The notes below the pieces were generated by a model. The model made no database searches and was not told the origin of the DNA. It was given only the letters and a program-made list of their open reading frames with translations. A stretch of 64,000 nucleotides of DNA from Candidatus Omnitrophota bacterium (GTDB taxonomy: Bacteria; Omnitrophota; Gorgyraeia; Zapsychrales; JANLHA01). The stretch is from NCBI GenBank assembly GCA_038222225.1, contig JBBRHV010000003.1:10331-74330 (forward strand), given 5' to 3'. The position numbers and the translations under genes were made by a program. Below are positions 36,446 to 44,640 of the stretch, piece by piece; the stretch's first letter is position 1, and each line of letters begins with the position of its first letter.

Positions 36446-36602
36446 GACTTGCGAACCTTTTCTTATGGTTCGATAATAATATATCATATTTATGTGTGAA
36501 ATAAAGCTATTTCTAGTATTTTACCGAACCTTCCGAACCACATCCAATTCTTATTTTTACCCTCAAACTATCGAACCTTTGCGCATGGTTCGGTAAAAGC
36601 CT
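36446..36602. promoter_or_regulatory. Two palindromic CGAACC-N9-10-GGTTCG sites (36446-36470, 36577-36602) plus CGAACC half-sites upstream of fic; putative operators.
   Basis: gcgaaccttttcttatggttcga and atcgaacctttgcgcatggttcgg read directly. Confidence 0.45.
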
Positions 36603-36710
36603 CAAATGTCCGTCTTTTTCTCAGACCCACTAGCTTTCCAGATATGGATATGTAACATAAAAATTGTACAAAACAGCACTTTCATTTTACAAAACACAAA
36701 AACCCCACTA

Positions 36711-37142
36711 TTCATTTACTAGAGAATTTTCGCCATATTCAGGCACAATCCTAGTAAATGAAATTCTGGCTATTCCACCCCAATAGGCATTTTCAAACAT
36801 TTTGATAAATAAGCATTTACTAGGAGCCATTTACTAAAGGCCGATTTTGATAGAAATGGCTAGTATCAGACCCAATTTGGCTGCCGCGAGTACTATCAAT
36901 TTTTCCAAACGTGATCATCCTGCGCCGAAACTACAAAACATCATCCCCATTACGCCCTAACCATTTGCAACGTCAACACAGGCATTACCCCCTTCGGGGG
37001 TTGATGCTGCGCAATCATCTAAACTCTGCAAAAAAACACCAGAGTTTAGATACGCAAACCGCATCAAAAATCCCTGACCGCGTTTGGCAATCAGGGATCT
37101 TTTTGATTCTAAGAGTCGTTTCCGACACTATTATACTGGTAG
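36711..37142 (+). repeat. Repeat R3 (full-length: CATTTACTAG site cluster + sRNA-like structured segment about 36930-37095 + terminator), directly abutting a tRNA-Glu 3'-end copy at 37137.
   Basis: See R1/R2; ends with ...ttatactggtagccccaa. Confidence 0.75.
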
Positions 37143-37148
37143 CCCCAA
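37137..37148 (-). repeat. 12-nt copy of the tRNA-Glu 3' terminus (TGGGGCTACCA+).
   Basis: tggtagccccaa identical to 37323-37334. Confidence 0.4.
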
Positions 37149-37269
37149 GCCGTGGCCCTCTGGCCACTGGCACTTCCTCGCCAGGCTCGGTCGGCCCAGC
37201 CGGGGACGGCCGGCACTTCCTCGGACATTACGTCCTCGGTCGCCGGATTGTATTTTCGCTTCAAAGGGC

Positions 37270-37322
37270 TGAAGCTCTCAAAATAAATCGGGCACGACCT
37301 TTCGGGTCGCGCCCGCTTATTT
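37270..37322. terminator. GC-rich hairpin (CGGGCACGACC-TTTC-GGGTCGCGCCCG) flanked by T/A runs; bidirectional terminator just 3' of tRNA-Glu.
   Basis: Read from the sequence. Confidence 0.5.
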
Positions 37323-37399
37323 TGGTAGCCCCAACCGGATTTGAACCGGTGTTTGATGGCTGAGAACCATCCGTCCTGACCAGGCTAGACGATGGGGCC
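37323..37399 (-). tRNA. tRNA-Glu (anticodon CUC), CCA encoded.
   Basis: Hand-folded cloverleaf: acceptor GGCCCCA/TGGGGCT, anticodon arm GATGG-TTCTCAG-CCATC, T-arm ACCGG-TTCAAAT-CCGGT, D-region TCGTCTAG...AGGAC as in bacterial tRNA-Glu. Confidence 0.85.
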
Positions 37400-37599
37400 A
37401 AATCTCACAACATTTATATTAACAAGCGGGATGAAACATTTCCCGCCAAATCTCTCTTTTCTTCGCCCAATGGTTTCGCTAGTACTCAACCACTCCCTCG
37501 GACATTTTGTCCTCGGTCGCCGGATTTTCACCGGGTTTCGCTCCCTTCGGAGCGCGGAATGGTTTCTCTCCCACTCAAAACGGAAGAAACCATTGGATG

Positions 37600-37703
37600 G
37601 CTGAGCAATGAGGCTTACCTCAAAATCTTTTAGCCAAAGCCTCATTCCCGGCCAACTTGATTGGCCGGCACCATCCGTCCTGACCAGGCTAGACGATGGG
37701 GCC
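37600..37703 (-). repeat. Partial copy of the tRNA-Glu 5' half (positions 1 to about 33, 37668..37703), then a 64-nt hairpin-rich insertion, then the anticodon/3'-stem sequence CTCAGCCATCC. Not a complete tRNA.
   Basis: ccatccgtcctgaccaggctagacgatggggcc identical to 37367-37399; downstream sequence lacks a proper T-arm and acceptor 3' strand. Confidence 0.6.
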
Positions 37704-37986
37704 AAAATTTTTAAACCCATAAAATTGAAATACTTGGAAATACATAGAAAGACGGGGAAATAAAAAAGCTTCCCCCCCCACCGTCCATGGCGCATCCTTC
37801 AATTTCAAGCGCATATCACTCGTATTTCAATCCACTTCTATCATTTTCCACTAGGGATAAATCTTACCACATTTCCCTTATTGGTCAATAAAAATATCCC
37901 GCTGCATTTTTAAGGAAAAGCACCTCCCATAAGACTATTTTTATGATATATTCTTTATAATTAGGAAAATTATCGAGGACCTCAGC

Positions 37987-39177
37987 ATGGCTTTATCCGT
38001 AGGGATCGGTTTTAACAAAGAAAAAAATACAAATCTGGCCGCCGCGGCAGCGATCGAACAGGCCAAACGCAATATCCATGTCGGCCGGATCGACCTCATT
38101 CTGGTTCTGGCAACGCCTCATTATTCCCCTCAAAATATCATTACGGAGATCGGAGACCAGCTGGATTCCCCCCGGGTCATCGGCTGCTCAACGGAAGGGA
38201 TCATCCTTGATAACACGATCCACCGGCGCGGCATTGCCATTGCCCTTTTTCATTCCAATGAGATGAAGTTTGTGACCGGCAGCACTCAACATCTGAACCT
38301 GCAAAACGCCAATCAAGCCGCCGAATCCCTGGTCCAATCCTGCAAATCCGAATACGGACAGAGCGAACGCCAGCTTTTCTTTATTCTGACGGAAGGCGCA
38401 CCAAATAGCATTCCGGATTTTCAGCACCATCTGCGGCGGAACCTTCAGGAAGACCCGGACATCCCCATTATCGGCGCCTGCTGCACAAGCATCCTCGCGC
38501 CCGAGAGCTCCTTTCTTTTTTATAATAACGAAACCATCAAAAAATCCGCGGCCGTCTTTATGGTCGGCGGAAAAGTCAAGGTCAAAATGGCCTGCCGCCA
38601 GGGCTGGCATCCGATCGGACGCCCCCGCTTTATCGATAAAAGTAGCGGCCATATCATTCATGTGATTGACGGACGGCCGGCCATTGAACTCTATCAGACC
38701 TTTTTTCCCGATCAATGCCGTTTTTTAAAAAATCCGTCTTCGTCACTCAACATCTACTATCCGCTGGGTATTGCCAGCGGGAAACGCGGGGTCTTCTTTC
38801 TCCGAAATGTTGTAGATGTTCTTGACGACGGCAGTATCGTCTGTAATGATAATGTCGAGGCTGGCTCACAAATCCACATCATGCTCGGCAACCGGGATTC
38901 CTGCCTGCAGGTCACGAGGAACGCCATCAACGAACTGAAAGGCTTCTTTTCGGATCAGCCTTCGGGCGCGGCGCTCATGATCGCCTCAGAACGGCATGAC
39001 CGGATCCTGGGACGGGCCTTTGAGCGGGAGTTGAACTATTTCAAACGAACGATCGGCGAAGCGATCCCTATCATCGGGTTCGTCAGCCACGGGGAGATCT
39101 TTGATGTGGGAGAACCGCATCAGCAATCTCCGAACTCAAAACAAAACAACAGCTTAATGGTCATCGGTATAAAATAA
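37987..39177 (+). CDS. FIST-domain sensory protein (FIST_N + FIST_C).
   Basis: GRIDLILVLATPHY...PRVIGCSTEGII and C-terminal IIGFVSHGEI patterns. Confidence 0.7.
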   Translation: MALSVGIGFNKEKNTNLAAAAAIEQAKRNIHVGRIDLILVLATPHYSPQNIITEIGDQLDSPRVIGCSTEGIILDNTIHRRGIAIALFHSNEMKFVTGSTQHLNLQNANQAAESLVQSCKSEYGQSERQLFFILTEGAPNSIPDFQHHLRRNLQEDPDIPIIGACCTSILAPESSFLFYNNETIKKSAAVFMVGGKVKVKMACRQGWHPIGRPRFIDKSSGHIIHVIDGRPAIELYQTFFPDQCRFLKNPSSSLNIYYPLGIASGKRGVFFLRNVVDVLDDGSIVCNDNVEAGSQIHIMLGNRDSCLQVTRNAINELKGFFSDQPSGAALMIASERHDRILGRAFERELNYFKRTIGEAIPIIGFVSHGEIFDVGEPHQQSPNSKQNNSLMVIGIK

Positions 39178-39185
39178 AATCACGC

Positions 39186-40664
39186 ATGTTCTGGGCTATC
39201 TTCATAACAAGTCTGTTCCTTTTGATTTCGATCGGCGCCTTCACCGCGCTCTACCAGAAACGTAAGATTCAGAATCTTTCCGCGTCCCTGCAGAAATTTA
39301 AGGAATCCTTTGATGAAATCGACGAGCAGGCCAAACTGATCATCAAGACCGATCTGGAGCTCAACCGCACACAGGAAGAGTTGGATAAACGCCTCAAAGG
39401 GCTCGACGCCCTGCAGGCCATCTCCCGCCTGGTCAGCACCAGTCTGGATGAACGCGAAATTTTTGAACTGCTGGGAGAGCCGCTGGTCTCCGACATGGGG
39501 CTTGAACAGTATTTCTTTCTGATCCTGAACAATCAGGGATCGCTCAACTGCGCCGCTCATTTAGGCGCCTCCGAAGAAGAGTCCAAACGCATCCTGGCCT
39601 TTATCGGAAATAATCTCACGCTGGTCGATCAACTCAAAAACCGCCAAGCCATCTCTTCGATCAACGCCACCGATGACGAACGCGCCTTCTTTTTAAAACA
39701 TTTGAAAACCCGCCATTTTATCATTACGCCGATCATGGCCAAAAATACAATGCTCGGCATCCTGCTGGCGACCAGCCATTCGACAACCTATGCCGTCACC
39801 GAGGGCGACGAGGAAATCGCCTCGATCCTCTCCGATCAGATCGGCCAGGCGATCCAAAACGCCCGTCTGTTTGAAGAGGTCTTTCATTCGCGCCAAAAGC
39901 TCGAACTGATGGTCCAGGAACGCACCCGTCAGCTTCAGGAAGCGCTCTCCAACGTTCAGCAGGTCAGCAAAATGAAATCTGAATTTATTTCCGCCGTCTC
40001 CCATGAGCTGCGCACCCCTTTAACGTCGATTAAAGGATACGCCTCCCTGTTGAGTTCCGGGAAGCTGGGAAACATCCCGGATGCCGTCCGTGAGCGCCTG
40101 GAAAAGATCAATCACCATTCCGACAGCCTGGTTCAGCTGATCAACAACCTTCTGGATATTTCCCGCATTGAGTCAGGGAAGACCGGCATGAAGCGCCAGC
40201 GCTCATCCATCGCCTCCATCATCGACAATGTTCAGGACCTGCTGGCTCCGCAGCTCAAAGAAAAAAATGTCCGTCTGGTCCTTAAAGTTCCGCCGGAGAC
40301 CCCCCAGCTCCTGGTCGATCAGAGCCAGATCGAACGGGTCTTTATCAACCTGGTCGGCAACGCCGTCAAATTCACTCCGTCTGAAGGAACGATCACGGTT
40401 ACGGCAGAACCCAGAGAGAGCGATGTTCTTTTTTCGGTGGCCGATACCGGCATCGGCTTAAAGGAAGACGACCGCCGGAAATTATTTAATGAATTCTACC
40501 GTGTTGATAATGATATCAATCAAAGCATGAAAGGCTCCGGCCTTGGCCTTTCGCTGGCGAAAAAGATCATCGAAGCCCATAACGGCCAGATCTGGGTCGA
40601 TAGTATTTACACAAAGGGATCCACCTTCTCATTCACGATCCCGCATCAGGATGATCAAACATAA
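39186..40664 (+). CDS. Sensor histidine kinase (1 TM, coiled coil, GAF-like, HisKA, HATPase_c).
   Basis: SHELRTPLTSIKGY H-box; N-, G1- and G2-like boxes (DTGIGL, GSGLGLSLAKKI). Confidence 0.9.
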   Translation: MFWAIFITSLFLLISIGAFTALYQKRKIQNLSASLQKFKESFDEIDEQAKLIIKTDLELNRTQEELDKRLKGLDALQAISRLVSTSLDEREIFELLGEPLVSDMGLEQYFFLILNNQGSLNCAAHLGASEEESKRILAFIGNNLTLVDQLKNRQAISSINATDDERAFFLKHLKTRHFIITPIMAKNTMLGILLATSHSTTYAVTEGDEEIASILSDQIGQAIQNARLFEEVFHSRQKLELMVQERTRQLQEALSNVQQVSKMKSEFISAVSHELRTPLTSIKGYASLLSSGKLGNIPDAVRERLEKINHHSDSLVQLINNLLDISRIESGKTGMKRQRSSIASIIDNVQDLLAPQLKEKNVRLVLKVPPETPQLLVDQSQIERVFINLVGNAVKFTPSEGTITVTAEPRESDVLFSVADTGIGLKEDDRRKLFNEFYRVDNDINQSMKGSGLGLSLAKKIIEAHNGQIWVDSIYTKGSTFSFTIPHQDDQT

Positions 40665-40676
40665 AAGGAGTTTTGC

Positions 40677-41609
40677 ATGCCGAGAGCGCGCATTTTAACG
40701 ATTGATGATGACCCGGATATCCTCGATGTCCTGGATTTGACCTTGTCGGAACACTACGATGTCCTTCAGGCCCCCAACGGCCAGGAAGGGCTGATCATCC
40801 TGCAGAACAAAACCCCGAACCTGGTCGTCTGCGACTACATGATGCCGGTCATGAACGGCAAGGAATTCTGCAAAGCCGTCAAAAAGGATGTGCTCCTGCG
40901 CAATATTCCGATCATCATGCTGACCGGCAAAGGCGAAGTCCATGACATGATCGGCGGGATCGAGGCCGGCGCCGATGACTATATCGTCAAGCCTTTTGAG
41001 CCCGAAGCCCTGCTGGCCAGGATCCACATGATCCTGCGCCGAACCGAACAGAGCCTGGACGCCAACCCGCTGACCCATCTTCCGGGCAACACCTCGATCA
41101 CCGAAAAACTTCAGGAATGCATCGACAGCAAGTCGGCCTTTGCCGTCGGGTATGCCGATCTTGACAAATTCAAAATTTATAACGACAAATACGGTTTTGA
41201 AAAGGGAGATGAGATCATCCGGGAAACGGCGCGCGTCATTGTCAAGAATGTCCGCACCATTGCCGGCGAAGACGCTTTTATCGGGCATATCGGCGGAGAC
41301 GATTTTGTTTTTATCACGAACGACAGCATCATTGATGATGTCTGCCGGGGCGTCATTAAGGAATTCGACGCCAACAGCCCGGGCTTCTACACTGAGGAAG
41401 ACCGCCTGGCGAAATATATTGTCGGGAAAGACCGCCTCGGAAATGAAACCCGCGCCGGCCTGCTCTCGATCTCGATTGGGATCGTCAGCAACGCGCATGC
41501 CGAGATCGCCCATATCGCGCAAGTCAGCGAAATCGGGGCAGACCTCAAAAAATATGCCAAGACCTTTGATACCAGTGTTTTTGTGAGAGATAAACGGCGG
41601 GCACTATAA
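40677..41609 (+). CDS. Response regulator: REC + degenerate GGDEF domain (GGDDF).
   Basis: RILTIDDDPDILDVL...VVCDYMMP REC; LDKFKIYNDKYGFEKGDEII ... HIGGDDFVFIT. Confidence 0.85.
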   Translation: MPRARILTIDDDPDILDVLDLTLSEHYDVLQAPNGQEGLIILQNKTPNLVVCDYMMPVMNGKEFCKAVKKDVLLRNIPIIMLTGKGEVHDMIGGIEAGADDYIVKPFEPEALLARIHMILRRTEQSLDANPLTHLPGNTSITEKLQECIDSKSAFAVGYADLDKFKIYNDKYGFEKGDEIIRETARVIVKNVRTIAGEDAFIGHIGGDDFVFITNDSIIDDVCRGVIKEFDANSPGFYTEEDRLAKYIVGKDRLGNETRAGLLSISIGIVSNAHAEIAHIAQVSEIGADLKKYAKTFDTSVFVRDKRRAL

Positions 41610-41615
41610 GACTGC

Positions 41616-41864
41616 TTATGGAAAGGGTCCGAACTGTCCGGCCGGCACCCCGTCACTGCCGACCGCATTCCGGCCGTAAGTTTTCCTGATAACCGTGTTC
41701 ATAAATTCATCCGTGAGATTTTTAGCCCTGACCAAAACTCCGCTTGTCGGGTGAAAAGACAAAAGAACAACGATCACAACCGTCGTTAAAAGAATAATAT
41801 ACTCGAAAGCGGCCTGCGCGTGGCGCCTGGACAAAATGGTTTTACGGATGGCTTGAAGAAACAT
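41616..41864 (-). CDS. TadE/Flp-pilin-like small protein (class III signal-peptide-like N-terminus).
   Basis: RRHAQAAFEYIILLTTVVIVVLL; RBS AGGAG. Confidence 0.45.
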   Translation of the reverse strand: MFLQAIRKTILSRRHAQAAFEYIILLTTVVIVVLLSFHPTSGVLVRAKNLTDEFMNTVIRKTYGRNAVGSDGVPAGQFGPFP

Positions 41865-41957
41865 AACACATCTCCTCTTTTGCTTTAAGTATAGCATTCT
41901 CCTGCAGGGCTGCAAACCGTTTTATCTGTTCCTTGCGCCTGCTTTTGGGCGGGCTTT

Positions 41958-42671
41958 TTAGGACAAACCCAGCGACTTTAATTCCTTCACCAGGCCTTTA
42001 GGGTCATTCGAGCCGAAAAAATAACTGGCGGTCGCCAGAATATTAACCCCGACTTTAACGGCCTGCGGAGCGGTCAATCCGTTGATCCCTCCATCCACCG
42101 AAATGTCCCCCTGGAATGTCCTGGATAACTTTTCGATCTTCGCCAATACGGCAGGCATAAATTGCTGGTGCGCGAATCCCGGATTCACCGACATCAGGAG
42201 CACTCCATCGAGTTCCCCGGCCAACGACCCCAGTTCAACCGGGGTGCCCGGATTAAAGACCAAGAAGGCCTTCTTCCCCAGCTTCTTGATGGTTTGAATA
42301 TCCTGACGGAGAAGGTCATACTCGATATGATCGACCTCTTTGGGAAATTCGCCGTAACCGGCACACCCCGGCCGGCGCCTTCCATAACATTCCGCGTGAA
42401 CCATCAGCACATCCGCCCCGGCTTTCGCGAACGCTTCAATGTGATCCGCAGGATGGTCGATCATCAAATGAGCGTCAATCGGAAGCCTGGTCAAGGGCCG
42501 GATCGCCTCCACGATCAAAGGGCCGATGGTGATCGGGGCCACAAAATGCCCGTCCATCACGTCGACATGAATCCGGTCGGCCCCGCTGGATTCAATCGTC
42601 TTGATCTCCTCGCCCAAGCGGGCAAAGTCGGAGCACAAAACACTAACGCTGATTTGGATAGATTTTTTCAT
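41958..42671 (-). CDS. rpe: Ribulose-phosphate 3-epimerase.
   Basis: ISVSVLCSDFARLGEEIKTIESSGADRIHVDVMDGHFVAPITIGP... canonical Rpe N-terminus. Confidence 0.85.
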   Translation of the reverse strand: MKKSIQISVSVLCSDFARLGEEIKTIESSGADRIHVDVMDGHFVAPITIGPLIVEAIRPLTRLPIDAHLMIDHPADHIEAFAKAGADVLMVHAECYGRRRPGCAGYGEFPKEVDHIEYDLLRQDIQTIKKLGKKAFLVFNPGTPVELGSLAGELDGVLLMSVNPGFAHQQFMPAVLAKIEKLSRTFQGDISVDGGINGLTAPQAVKVGVNILATASYFFGSNDPKGLVKELKSLGLS

Positions 42672-42698
42672 ATGAAATAAGAGAGGTATTAAAATTAA

Positions 42699-42780
<82 letters not shown>

Positions 42781-43008
42781 GAAAAATCAAACTGCATCTC
42801 AAATGCAAACAATGTCCTCGAACCCCACACCATCTGCCGCGGGAGCTGTTTTTCCCTCCAACCTCAGCGGTCAAAACATTTACCGCCACCCGCGCGAAAT
42901 AATATTTGCTAAGAAAACGGATACTGGAAAACAGAATACGGAAAAATTTGAACAACGTCAACCGTTTTTTGATTCTTCCGTCCTCCCCCCTCCATCCTCC
43001 TTCATGAA

Positions 43009-44619
43009 TTATATACTCAACGCTGCCTTAATAAAATCCCTAAAAAGCGGATGCGCCTTATCCGGTTTTGATTTGAATTCCGGATGAAACTGACACGCCA
43101 CAAACCACGGGTGATCCGCGATCTCCAGGATCTCCACCAATCCGGTTTGCGGATTGACACCTGATATCATCGCACCGTTCTTTTCCATAAGCTTCAAATA
43201 TTTTGAATTAAATTCATAACGATGACGGTGCCGTTCGCTGATCATTTCTTTTTTATAGGCCTGAAAAGCTTTTGAAGTTTTGATCAGCTTGCACTGGTAG
43301 GCCCCCAGCCGCATGGTCGCGCCCATATCCTTGACCGCCTTCTGCTCTTCCAGCAAGCTGATGACCGGATACTCCGTTTGAGCATTAAATTCGGTTGAGT
43401 TGGCGTTTTTCATGCCGCAGACATTGCGGGCAAACTCAATCGTCGCCGACTGCATCCCCAGACAGATCCCGAAAAACGGGATGTTCTGTTCGCGGGCAAA
43501 CTGCACGGCCTTGATCTTTCCCTCGATCCCGCGGTTGCCGAATCCGCCGGGGATCAAAATGCCTTTTGAATCCGTCAAGAGCTTGGCCATCCCTTTGGCC
43601 GTTTCCAGATCTTCCGAATCCACTTTATTGATACAGACCCTGGCGTCATTGGCGATCCCGCCGTGAGTCAGCGCCTCATAGATCGACTTATAGGCGTCGG
43701 GCAAGGTAATGTATTTTCCCACCACCGAGATCTTCACCTCTTTGGACGGATGCTTCACCCTCTCCACCACATACTCCGCCCAGTGGGTCAAGTCTTTGTC
43801 CTCGCATTTAATGTTGAGCTTGCGGAAAATCAGGTCGTCGATGCCCTGCTTCTTAAAACACAACGGCACTTCATAGATCGTTTTGACATCGATCGCCTCA
43901 ATGACCGCGTCGCGGTCCACATTGCAGAACAGGGATATTTTTTCTCTCTGTTCCTGCGTGATATGTTTTTCGGTGCGGCATAATAAAATATCCGGCATGA
44001 TCCCGATCTCGCGTAACCGGCCGACGCTGTGTTGCGTGGGTTTTGTCTTGTGCTCCCCGGCGGCCTTAATGTAGGGAAGGAGCGTCACATGAATATTGAG
44101 CGCGTATCCATCGCCCAGTTCCCAACGCATTTGCCGGATCGCCTCCAAGAACGGAAGGCTCTCGATGTCCCCGACCGTCCCGCCGATCTCAACGATCGTC
44201 ACATCAATATCCTTATTTTTAGAAACCGCGCGGATCGAATCCTTGATCTCATTGGTGATGTGAGGAATGATCTGGATGGTTTTTCCCAGATAATCTCCGC
44301 GTCGTTCTTTGGTGATGACGGAATAATAAATTTTGCCGGTCGTGGTATTGCTGGACTTTGAGCACACGCTGTTGGTAAACCGCTCATAATGCCCGAGGTC
44401 CAGATCGGTTTCCGCCCCGTCATCGGTCACATAAACCTCGCCGTGCTGAAAAGGGCTCATCGTGCCGGGATCCACATTGAGATACGGATCGCACTTGATA
44501 AAAGCGACCTTCAGCCCCCTCGTTTCCAATAGCTTGCCGATGGAGGCCGCCGCCAGTCCCTTTCCTAAGCTTGAAACCACACCGCCTGTCACAAAGATGT
44601 ATTTGCTCATAGAATTCAC
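43009..44619 (-). CDS. pyrG: CTP synthase.
   Basis: [17 protein letters not shown]-terminus; GATase domain GICLGMQ; full length. Confidence 0.95.
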   Translation of the reverse strand: MNSMSKYIFVTGGVVSSLGKGLAAASIGKLLETRGLKVAFIKCDPYLNVDPGTMSPFQHGEVYVTDDGAETDLDLGHYERFTNSVCSKSSNTTTGKIYYSVITKERRGDYLGKTIQIIPHITNEIKDSIRAVSKNKDIDVTIVEIGGTVGDIESLPFLEAIRQMRWELGDGYALNIHVTLLPYIKAAGEHKTKPTQHSVGRLREIGIMPDILLCRTEKHITQEQREKISLFCNVDRDAVIEAIDVKTIYEVPLCFKKQGIDDLIFRKLNIKCEDKDLTHWAEYVVERVKHPSKEVKISVVGKYITLPDAYKSIYEALTHGGIANDARVCINKVDSEDLETAKGMAKLLTDSKGILIPGGFGNRGIEGKIKAVQFAREQNIPFFGICLGMQSATIEFARNVCGMKNANSTEFNAQTEYPVISLLEEQKAVKDMGATMRLGAYQCKLIKTSKAFQAYKKEMISERHRHRYEFNSKYLKLMEKNGAMISGVNPQTGLVEILEIADHPWFVACQFHPEFKSKPDKAHPLFRDFIKAALSI

Positions 44620-44640
44620 CTGACTGTTGGTTTTTTCCTC

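Noticed and set aside
37600-37703. A second tRNA-Glu gene carrying an anticodon-loop intron
   Set aside because: After the putative intron the sequence lacks a proper variable/T-arm/acceptor 3' strand (only a T-arm-like CCGGTGAAAATCCGG with no matching acceptor), so a functional intron-containing tRNA is not supported. Kept as a partial duplicate or scar.
29000-37800. Integrase/recombinase gene expected for tRNA-linked islands and for the inverton-like switch
   Set aside because: Looked for tyrosine recombinase (R..H..R..Y) or serine recombinase signatures in all ORFs of the region. None found. Absence noted rather than a feature called.
38188-42385. Long antisense ORFs inside the FIST, RR-GGDEF and rpe genes (for example 38188..38715, 40695..41522, 42162..42680)
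   Set aside because: Typical GC-skew shadow ORFs opposite well-supported genes. Gly/Arg/Ala-rich low-complexity translations.
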